A stretch of 64,000 bases of DNA from Thermoplasmata archaeon (GTDB lineage Archaea > Thermoplasmatota > Thermoplasmata > Lutacidiplasmatales > UBA184). Where the stretch lies: the NCBI GenBank assembly GCA_022750435.1, contig JAKIVS010000006.1, positions 36,732-100,731 of the forward strand. The letters run 5' to 3'. Numbering within the stretch: the stretch's first letter is position 1; the number at the start of each line of letters is the position of its first letter. The notes below the pieces were generated by a model. The model was not told where the DNA came from. It saw only the letters and a list, made by a program, of their open reading frames with translations, and did no database searches. Both the position numbers and the translations under genes were made by a program. This document shows, piece by piece, positions 36,001 through 43,000 of this stretch.

Positions 36001-36711
36001 TTCCTCCCCAAGTCGGTCCAGCTCGGCGTGCTCGGGGCGAATCGCACGGTCGGCGGCGAGGTCCGGATCGTCGTGCCCGCCGGAACCTCGACGTTGCAAC
36101 CGTCGGTCCAGCTCGAGGCGGTCGACGCGGTCACGAAAGCGCCCGCGGGATTCGCGCAACCGGTGCCCACGATCTCGATCGTGCCGGTGCTCGGTCTCTC
36201 GCTCGGGGCGTCCAGCAGCATCGGGGCAACGGTCGGCCCGTACCAGGTGACCATTCCGTTCTACGCGTCCAACACCGGCAACCTGCCGGAGTCGACGACG
36301 TTCGGCGTCTCGGACAGCGCCCGTCTCGCGTCGATCGGATGGACTGCCACGGTGGAGAAGGGGACGTCGCCGCTGCTCGGCCCGACCCCGATCGCTCCCG
36401 GGACGAACTCGACCTTCCAGGTCGAGCTGGTCTCCCCCGCCAAGCAGGCGCTCCCGCCCGGGTCGGTCACCGTCACGGCGATCGTCAACAACCTCACCGG
36501 CGGGTTCACCCGAACCGTCGTGCTCAACGTCCCGACCGTCTCGGTCTCGCTGAACAACTCCACCGCGATCGTGACCGGCCCGAACCTGGGTTCGCCCAGC
36601 CCGTACCCCTCGTGGCTTCCCTCGCTCCTCGCGATCGTCCCGGCGGCGGCGCTCGCTGCGGTGCTCGTCGGATATCGGTGGTTCAAGACGCGGAGGTGGA
36701 CCCGCCGGTGA
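30070..36711 (+). CDS. aglB: giant oligosaccharyltransferase AglB (STT3) fused to a ~1300-aa beta-sandwich repeat region and C-terminal TM anchor
   Basis: Multi-pass TM N-terminal domain with a GGSDSFYHWR loop. The WWDYG catalytic motif is at nt 31822-31836. Repeated carboxypeptidase-regulatory-like and Ig-like modules follow, with very many N-x-S/T sequons. The C-terminus is LLAIVPAAALAAVLVGY + RWFKTRRWTRR. Confidence 0.85.
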   Translation: MVQAETSWWRRHSWTIAVLLAAFGISFLIRTLYVLPLLTQWGTPYLFAGGSDSFYHWRVTSYILLNHRNLVVDPLLKYPIGAVNPREPLFDWMNAILGIVFAPLFASGATAACSSSCLSAQFFLELQAPLWAALGVFPVYLIGKEVSSRRMGLIAALLYGLVVASIDSSTFGYANYLSFYTFFILVALYSYLRTVRAAGSKRWVESYRHPRQFYPALRQFLRTERTAVKWAVFTGVAFGTVTLAWQGYSFLVAAIVIFLVVQMVIERIRKVDSFGLYVLTFISGTIGFAMALPYYYFQGLGKVWFFQPALVFFGAFLVLVPFLLLRDSPWVLSIPALLATAAVAVAALFVLDPQDFGAIVTGQGYFVKTLIYSTVAEAQAPSIDSLILGYGVVTFFLAFVGLGLYFWRTVRDRFRRVQVMFIVFAILSIYLPISAAKFFFIGSAGFALLPAEAIVRALDVGDYPTLRRNVVSLSDRRSQFAALRRSIKGRHLLVMALVVIILVPNVWYSIDAGIPYNNKGTYSTQVYNSLPVPLRTTPGNASSYYLGAAGTELDTPNQYDESGYNWLATQDTQLPEPQRPAFISWWDYGFQAAAEGDHPTVADNFQNGIDPAGNFLLSQNESQAIAILASTLLVGEQSRSGDIYLPSELNTILARDGVSVSTIHSLMVNQSADIQLVLAHPDRYLPVDPNNIDGQNAMYDTMAYYLATALPTSGVADLYNDVQAYTGWSIRYAMVDSRLFPFSGSNTGIFYAPADLTDRVIGAGGAPTSYYTLSVLGSDGNTYTPGNLPAGVTAVQYNINYLPAFYSSMIYRIYVGYNGTDIGSTQGIPGLSQNAVGADPIEPGWMLSHFQVVYRTAYYCPQPNATAGSSCFSAYNVPQARELAKLNNGTADTSTNSYFGGGEAMLEYYPGQPMTGTVTLPNGAPVSNARVTVYDSWGIPHMTTVTGADGSYSLVLPPGNDRINVTTGTLDQLTEAGGTPLAGFNITVPNALGLSLSAPTLVEPIVVKPATVSGFVYWNTANNSSFIRSVDGIVTGASANLTGANLTNLSAATDASGAFQFSNVPPGVYNFTIHYRGASFTQSSVYALPGKTANETIGLSPGTVLGHADFPDGFAAADATVTISDSLGVVRTATVGSNGNFTAANLGPGNYSVRAMAPGVSIGSVGTTFLVPETGGNVVVNLTLVPLVTVSEAVTWNGNPVVGFPVRFTQLFTPTAVQAGPPKTNGTPSASAPTAAKSNTSVFLTGPDGVVRATLPIANYSVYAFGLNGSRWLAGVQTVYLSAQSSGVLPALYVSNAVQLSGTVTGAPSTTAGPATVEVTAYDASGHQVSTFANLTQQYSLWLPTGRYTLLASSIIPNSSAPPVASLTTVDLAYPTVDPIALAPAEYVSGVVAAPSSGSSAPYPASGAVVRFTEMPLNATVTTVASGTGNVTVILPAVLPAGGSYCIVANASGFEPFQTCSYTAAELGALGEIPMNLAPIPLNFTVNGLPSGTSVTVNFTALSAPAASTVKVGGPSFSFAIVPGSYRISAWAKAPSGPGLLLPAQSLNLTVPVGTHGANVTLTIVPQVAATGHLVLPTGVLNTSVSLRLVSPTMALSVDGAMFEGKFYIAPGTYSVYATAPTGANGTLATMTSVVVNATGHLSKSISLTQLGVPLTGTLARDSGVQLNVSLPLTLTGPAGVALTVNANGGHFVATLPPNATYQVRGNATVLVPSPTGSVYQYVAVDPSYLGCVLGAESNASCTIPFVTTTVETNVSGTLHAAGFANPVAGTVQLIGPFPSTNATVATASNGTFSTAVIPGNYSLYAVASDGVPYASVSYLTVGPTMAAPLAVTLLSTWTDTVTVVPPSGSTETVATVTITAPGGADLSFPNEPVNTPVAFALPGGAYTVAARGSGNPYGVVVNATASSVVSLLSGNAATQLALAYQFTTSVDFATLGPADVTVPAGATVSFAFTITNTGNEPRNLTFVGSPAFWNFTFLPKSVQLGVLGANRTVGGEVRIVVPAGTSTLQPSVQLEAVDAVTKAPAGFAQPVPTISIVPVLGLSLGASSSIGATVGPYQVTIPFYASNTGNLPESTTFGVSDSARLASIGWTATVEKGTSPLLGPTPIAPGTNSTFQVELVSPAKQALPPGSVTVTAIVNNLTGGFTRTVVLNVPTVSVSLNNSTAIVTGPNLGSPSPYPSWLPSLLAIVPAAALAAVLVGYRWFKTRRWTRR

Positions 36712-37526
36712 GCCGCTCCGTCCCGCTCCGGCTGCTGCTCGTCGCCGCCCTGCTCGTCGCCGCCGTGGTGCCGGCCCTCTCGGCCGTCCCCGCCGCCCGC
36801 GCGACCCCCTCGTACGGCCCGCTCTCCGGGACGATCTCGGGCCCGGCGAACCTCGGCGAGACGCAGAACGCCTCCTACGTCGTCAACGTCTCCGGCGGGC
36901 CGGCGGTCGCCTCGAACGGCACGCAGGTCGGGATCTACTCGTACAACGCCTCGGTGACCGGGACGAACACCACGGGGGTCTCCTTCTCGCCGAGCGCGGG
37001 CTCGATCCCGAACGGGACCGTCACCCTCCAGCTGAGGGTCTCCAACATTTCGCAACTCCTGACCCTCTACGTCCTCGTGACCTCCTCGGAGTCGGGGACG
37101 AACGCGACGCAGAACCTCTCCTACTCGGTCAACGTCCTCGTCCCGTACCGGATCTCCGCGACGCTCGTCGCCGGCTCCAGCGGAACCGTGAGCCCGTTCG
37201 TCCTGACCGTGACCCTCGACGGGACCCCGGTCGGTGCGATCCCGGTCGGCACGCTCACGGCGGGCGCGCACACGCCGATCGCCTACAGCTACGTCAACCC
37301 GAACCTCGCGCCGGGATGGCACACGTTTTCGATCTCCCTCGCCGAGGAGCACGGGCTCGTCTCGTTCGCGGGCGGGGCCGAGTCGATCTCGGTGTCGTTC
37401 TACGTCGCGGGCCCCCCGCCGAACGACTCGGTGTTCCTCGTGATCGGGATCGGCGCGTTCGTCGGAGTCGCCTTTATATGGAGCCTCCGGGTCGGCGCGG
37501 GCCGACGCGGACGCCCCAAGAAGTGA
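36708..37526 (+). CDS. secreted N-glycosylated protein with C-terminal TM anchor (unknown function)
   Basis: The GTG start overlaps the aglB stop (GTGA). Signal peptide VPLRLLLVAALLVAAVVPALSAVPAARA, 10 N-x-S/T sequons in 272 aa, and a C-terminal VFLVIGIGAFVGVAFIWSL + RVGAGRRGRPKK. Confidence 0.65.
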   Translation: MSRSVPLRLLLVAALLVAAVVPALSAVPAARATPSYGPLSGTISGPANLGETQNASYVVNVSGGPAVASNGTQVGIYSYNASVTGTNTTGVSFSPSAGSIPNGTVTLQLRVSNISQLLTLYVLVTSSESGTNATQNLSYSVNVLVPYRISATLVAGSSGTVSPFVLTVTLDGTPVGAIPVGTLTAGAHTPIAYSYVNPNLAPGWHTFSISLAEEHGLVSFAGGAESISVSFYVAGPPPNDSVFLVIGIGAFVGVAFIWSLRVGAGRRGRPKK

Positions 37527-37533
37527 GTTCTCG

Positions 37534-37704
37534 ATGACGAATCCGGACCCCCGCTGCACCTCCTCCGGCGTCGCCTTGGGCGGCCGGGGAACGACGACGT
37601 TCCCGTGCCCGGACTGTGGCGCGGTCGAGCTCGGGCGGTGCGCGCGGTGCCGCGACCAGTCGGTGCTGTACACCTGCCCGAACTGCTCGTTCCAGGGACC
37701 GTAG
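37534..37704 (+). CDS. small zinc-ribbon protein (DUF1610-type, translation-associated)
   Basis: 56-aa ORF below the track cutoff: MTNPDPRCTSSG...FPCPDCG..LGRCARC....YTCPNCSFQGP, with four Cys pairs. It sits in the conserved archaeal position immediately upstream of aEF-1beta. Confidence 0.7.
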   Translation: MTNPDPRCTSSGVALGGRGTTTFPCPDCGAVELGRCARCRDQSVLYTCPNCSFQGP

Positions 37705-37714
37705 GAGCGCTCGG

Positions 37715-37981
37715 ATGGGCCAGGTCGCCGTGCTGTTCCGGCTGATGCCCCAGGGCGTCGAGACCGACCTCAAGGTCGTCGCCGAGGGCGTGCGCGCCGC
37801 GCTCCCCACCGGCGTCCAGGTCCGGGGGCTCCAGGTGAAGGACATCGCCTTCGGCCTCAAGGCCCTCCTGATCAGCGTGATTATGCCCGACACCGGTGGC
37901 GTCCTCGACGCGACCGAGCAGGCGTTCGCCAAGGTCCCCGGGGTCGAGTCGGTCGAGGTGATGGAGGAGGGGCTCCTCTGA
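37715..37981 (+). CDS. translation elongation factor aEF-1 beta
   Basis: 88 aa. MGQVAVLFRLMPQGVETDL....VKDIAFGLKAL....MPD..G..D..E..F..V.GVESVEV is the aEF-1beta pattern. Confidence 0.88.
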   Translation: MGQVAVLFRLMPQGVETDLKVVAEGVRAALPTGVQVRGLQVKDIAFGLKALLISVIMPDTGGVLDATEQAFAKVPGVESVEVMEEGLL

Positions 37982-38000
37982 GCCCCCCGACCTCCCGTCC

Positions 38001-38993
38001 GTGGACCTGTTCACCCACGTCCTCACCGCCTACCTCCTGACGTTCGGCCTCGTCGGCTTCCAGCCGAGCTACCTCATCGCGGGCGCCATCGCCGGCGGCC
38101 TCCCGGACGCCGACGTCCTCGTCTTCCCGCTCGCGCGCCGGTTCCCGCTGCTGCGCCACCACGGCATCACGCACTCGATCGTGGGCGTGACCGTCTTCGC
38201 CGCGATCGGCGGACTCTGGATCGCGCCGATGCTCGCGCACGGGGGCGACCCGCTCGTCTACTTCGGGGTGATGATGGCCGGCGGGATCTGCCACATGCTC
38301 GAGGACGGATTCACCCACTACTCCGTCGCACCCCTCCTGCCGTTCTCGCAGAAGCCGCTCGAGGTCGACGCCGACCGGGCGATCAACTTCGTGACCCTCG
38401 TCGTCTCCGTCGTCTCGTTCTACGTGCTGCTCGGCCTGGAACGCGGCCACGTGGCGTTCGAGGTGTACCTCGCCTCCGTCTACCTCCTGATGGTGTTCTT
38501 CGTCGCGTACTTCGTCGTCCGCGGCGCGGCGCGGATCGCGGTGGAGCGACGCAAGAAGACCGTCGGGGACTTCGATGTCGCCGTCCCGACCACGAACCCG
38601 CTCGTCTGGCTCCTGCTGCGGGAGAGCAAGACGGGCGGACGGATGCGGACGTCGTTCGCGCGCTACGTCTTCGGCCGCGGCGTCACGCGGGGCCCGTACT
38701 CGGTCGAGGCGCCGCTCGAGGCGCCGGCCTCGACCGGGCCCGCGAAGGACGCCGCCGACGCCCTCGCCCGCAGCTACGGGCTCGCCCGCAAGGAGAGCAA
38801 CGTCCTCGACGACACTTACAGCTTCGGTGAGGCGACCGAGGTCGGGGCGGGCCAATGGCGCGTCCACTGGTACAGCCTCGAGTTCTCCGCCTTCGGCCGC
38901 GCCGCGGGCGTCCGCGTCGACCTCGCGGCCGACGGCTCGGCCCATGCGAAGAGCGCCTGGCACGTGCCGCTCTGGCGGCGGGAGCTCACCTGA
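38001..38993 (+). CDS. membrane-bound metal-dependent hydrolase (DUF457/YdjM-like) with C-terminal soluble domain
   Basis: MDLFTHVLTAYLL... start, several TM helices and conserved His residues (HHGITHS). Confidence 0.55.
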   Translation: MDLFTHVLTAYLLTFGLVGFQPSYLIAGAIAGGLPDADVLVFPLARRFPLLRHHGITHSIVGVTVFAAIGGLWIAPMLAHGGDPLVYFGVMMAGGICHMLEDGFTHYSVAPLLPFSQKPLEVDADRAINFVTLVVSVVSFYVLLGLERGHVAFEVYLASVYLLMVFFVAYFVVRGAARIAVERRKKTVGDFDVAVPTTNPLVWLLLRESKTGGRMRTSFARYVFGRGVTRGPYSVEAPLEAPASTGPAKDAADALARSYGLARKESNVLDDTYSFGEATEVGAGQWRVHWYSLEFSAFGRAAGVRVDLAADGSAHAKSAWHVPLWRRELT

Positions 38994-39034
38994 CGACGCC
39001 GACGGCCAGCGTCGCTCGGAGCCCCGGCGACCTC

Positions 39035-39991
39035 GTGGAGTGCGCGACCTCGCCCTCCGAGACCCGCCGCCTCCTCACCGAATGGGCGCAAACCTCGGCC
39101 CCGCGCGGAGAGCCGTGGTCGCCGGACCTTCTCAACTGGGCGGTCGGCACGCTCGACTCCGGTCTGTTCGCCGGGCGACTCTGGGTCGGCCCGAAGGACG
39201 ACGCGGTCGGCATCGCCCTCGGCACGCTGCCCGGGGAGGTGGGAGGCCGCATCGAGGTCGCGTTCCTCGCCGACGGGTACCGCCATCCGTCGTCCTTGGA
39301 CGCGTTCCTTGCGCGCCTTGACTCCCCGGGGGCGTTCGGTCCGCTGCTCGAGCTGCCGGAGCCACCGTCGCCGGAGGGCTTCGCGCCAGTCGAGGCGGCG
39401 TTCCGGGCGCGCGGATTCGTTCCCATCGTCCGCATGGACATGCGCTACCCGGCCGAACGGCCCCCGCCGTCGGCCCCCGCTGATCCGGCGGTGCGGGTGC
39501 GGAACATCGTCCCGACCGACGTCGAGACGATCGCCCGGCTGACCGCGCGCGCGTACGCCGACAACCCGGTCGACGTGGCCCTGTTCCGCCGGTACCGCGA
39601 CCCCCTCGAGGATGCCCGGTGGGGCACGGAGGCGATCCTCGGGGACTTGGTGGGCGAGTGGCTCCCGTTCGCGTCGTTCCTCGCCGAGGACGATGAAGGC
39701 CCGGTCGCGGCCACGCTGGCGAATGAGCTTCACGGTCCCTTGATCACCCAGGTGATGGTCGACCCGCGCGCCCGAGGGCGCGGTCATGCGACCCGTCTCC
39801 TCGGCGCCACGGTTGGCGCGCTCCGCGCGGCCGGCCGCGGGGTACCGCGACTCGTTGTAACGCGGGCGAACCGGCGCGCCCATCGACTCTACGAGCACAT
39901 CGGGTTCGTCCCCGACCCGAGCGCCGTGGGCGCACGCTGGCTCCACTCGGCCCGGCTGGGCCTCGCGTCGGCGGACCTCGCGGACGCGTGA
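39035..39991 (+). CDS. GNAT family N-acetyltransferase (tandem GNAT-like domains)
   Basis: The C-terminal half has QVMVDPRARGRGHATRLL..... and ...NRRAHRLYEHIGF, the acetyl-CoA binding motif A. The start is uncertain; GTG 39035 is the first plausible start after the upstream stop. Confidence 0.6.
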   Translation: MECATSPSETRRLLTEWAQTSAPRGEPWSPDLLNWAVGTLDSGLFAGRLWVGPKDDAVGIALGTLPGEVGGRIEVAFLADGYRHPSSLDAFLARLDSPGAFGPLLELPEPPSPEGFAPVEAAFRARGFVPIVRMDMRYPAERPPPSAPADPAVRVRNIVPTDVETIARLTARAYADNPVDVALFRRYRDPLEDARWGTEAILGDLVGEWLPFASFLAEDDEGPVAATLANELHGPLITQVMVDPRARGRGHATRLLGATVGALRAAGRGVPRLVVTRANRRAHRLYEHIGFVPDPSAVGARWLHSARLGLASADLADA

Positions 39992-40079
39992 GCTTCCGGA
40001 ACCCTCCGGCCGGCCCGGGTAGCCTCTTTCCGACGGGACCGGACCGAATTGCTAAGAAGGATGGTGGGGTCGGCCCGCC

Positions 40080-43000
40080 ATGACCTTCGGCCGACCGAGT
40101 GGATCGACGTTCCGACGAACCCGGCTCGGCGCCCTCCTTCTGGTCGTCGCCGTCGCAGCGATCGCGGTGGCGAGCTACGCCGCGGTTCCCGCCGCCGCCG
40201 ACGTCTCCGCCGGCTCGCCGTCCGCGCATTCGTCCGCAAAGGGAGTCACCCCGACCCCGGCGAAGGTCGCCGGAGCGGTTCCGCATCCCTCGTCGGTGCC
40301 GGCCCGGGTCGCCCCGACCAGCTGGACGTCGCCGCACGTCGCTTTCCACGTCGCCGGACCCCATCCCGCCTCCTGGGGTGGGGCGACCCCGCCGGGAGCG
40401 CCCATGCCGGTCATCTCCTCTGGAAGCGGGTCCGGCGGGTACAACTACTCCGGGCTCTACCAGCGATGCTATGGGGTCTGGCCCACCGAGGGTGGACAAT
40501 CGCAGTACTGGGACAACTGCTACGGCCACGACGAACCCGGCATCGCGCCGTACTCGAACCTCCCGGGCAGCGGCGGGAACGTCACCTGGCAGATCCAGCT
40601 GCCCGTCGACCGCGGCCCGACGGAGAACCAGTCGAACCTGTACTCGGCGATCTGGTTCGGCCTGACGCTGAACGACCCGTACGCTTGGATGAACCAGTGC
40701 TTCCTCGAACTCCAGTTCTACCCGGACGCGAGCTGGTCAGTCCCGTTCGGGACCGTCGACGGTCTCTGGGTCGGTGCGGCGGTCGCCTGGCAGATCCAGG
40801 CGTCGACGGGAGCCGAAGACCCGTGCTACTACTCCCCTCTGATGCTCCAAGGTTCGGCCGGGTCGTTCTTCTCCATGACCCAGGGCGACAAGATCAACGT
40901 CACGATGACCGGATGGACCGGGAGCGCGACGGGCGAGAACCTCACCATCACCGACGGGACGTCCGGCCAAGTGTCGAGCCTGACGCTGTTCAACTCCACG
41001 GCGAACTATCCCATCGACCCGGCGTACTCGACGAACTCCTGGTCGAACTCCCTCTGGTGGACCCCCGGTGGCGAGACCCCGGTCTCCTTCGCGTTCGAGA
41101 CTGGCCACGCCGGCAACCCGACCGTTCCGGAGAACAACGACTTTGGCGGCTGCAGCCCCGGGGCCCCCCCGCCGACGCTTGCGAACGGGGCCGTCCCGTG
41201 CCCGAGCTACGACCCGGGCGACTGGGCGAACGACACGTTGACCCCATGGGAGATCGCGCCGCCGACGTTCTTCAACTCGGCCGAGCGGGCGTCGACGACC
41301 CAGGTTGGCTTCACGCAGGACCTCGGTGGCCTCGCCTTCATTGACGGCTCCGACGTCTTCGGCTCCTTCCCGTACACCTGCCTCGGGCACGAGACGAGCG
41401 CGTACTGCAGCTACCCCTGGTATAGCTACTCCTGCGCGGAAGGGGCGTACAACTTCGGCGCGACCGACTACGGAACATCGCCGACGACGGTCGACTTCGG
41501 GAAAGCGACCGAGTTCACCGCCAGGCTGACGACGAACGCCGCCGGACTCGGGTACTATACACCGGCGAACCAGACGGTCCCGGCATGCGGTTCATTGACC
41601 GGCACCGTGAGTATCGGCGCCGTCCTCGGGGTGAGTGTCTCGTTCCTGAACGCCACCGTCGCGAGTGGGATTGAGTCGTTCCCGAACGTACCTCTTGGAA
41701 ACTACTCGATCTCCGCCTGGGGCCCCCGTGGCGAAACGTTTGCGGGTTGGGTGACGAGCCCGGGCCTCTCGGTCGCCAACGCGGCAGACCCGTACACCAA
41801 CCTCCATGTCAGCGGCGCCGGAGGGAGCATTCTCCCGTCGTTCACGTCCTCACCGCCTTCTGTCCTCCTCACGAACGTCACGTTCGACTCGTCGACCCCG
41901 GGCGCGGCGGTCTCGTTCGTCCCCGGCTTTGCGTCGAGTGCGTTCGGGGACGGGTGGGTCAACGGCACGCAGGAGCTCCCGGCCGGGAGCACCCTCCCGC
42001 TGGGGCCCGGGCTCTATAGCCTCCAGGCCCAGCCTCCGTCGGGATACAATTTCACGGGGTGGTACTCGTCGAACCCGTCGGCGGTCACCTTCTCGGCTCC
42101 CGACTTCCCCGCGACGATCCTCCATGTCGTCACCGGCGGCCAGAACGTCACGGTCAACGCGTCGTACGCGCCGACGGCGTCGATCGCGACGGTCATCGTC
42201 TTCACCCTCGCTCCGGGCGACACGATCACGCTCAACGGGACGAACTACAGCACGTTGTCGGAGGTCGTCCTCCCGGTCGGCACCTACCCGCTCTCGTTCC
42301 AGGCCGGGCCGGGCGCGCGGTTCGAGACATGGTCCGGCGGCGGCTCCGAGATCCTGACCAACTTCTCCGCCTCCACTTGGGTCACCTTCGAGGAAGGCTT
42401 CTCCGAGCTCGAGGCGGTGGATTATGCGATCCAGTCGGTCACGCTCAACGACTCCGGTGGCCACGGGACGATCGCGTGGGATCCGGCCGCCAACCTCAGT
42501 ACGGTCGCCGTTCCCTCCGGGACGCCTCTGACCGTTAACGTGAGCGAAACGGTGTTCCCCGGATTCCCTCTCGTCGCGATCCCGATTGGTGGATACGCGT
42601 TCTCGAACTGGACCGTGAGCAACGCCTCGCTCGCGTCGTTCCAGAACCCCCTCGCATACTCGACGGAGGTGATCTTCAACGCCTCGGGCACGGCGCCCCT
42701 GACGATCACTGCGAACTACGTCGTCGGCTCTTCCGCCAACCTCTCGCTGTACGTGGCCCCCCCCGCCGGCGGGGCCCTCACCGTCGGCTACTCGACCCCG
42801 CTCGCCAACGGCACTTCCCTGAGCGTCGCCACGGGCGACCTGAACGTCGTTGCCTGGCCGAACGCGGGATACGTCGTCGGAACGCTGACGGCGAACAACG
42901 GCAGCACCGTCTCGCTCCTGCAGTCGGCGTCCCCCACCAGCCGGCCGTGGGCCCCCTCCGAGTGGATCGTCGACGTGGCGGGCGACACGCAGCTCCACGC

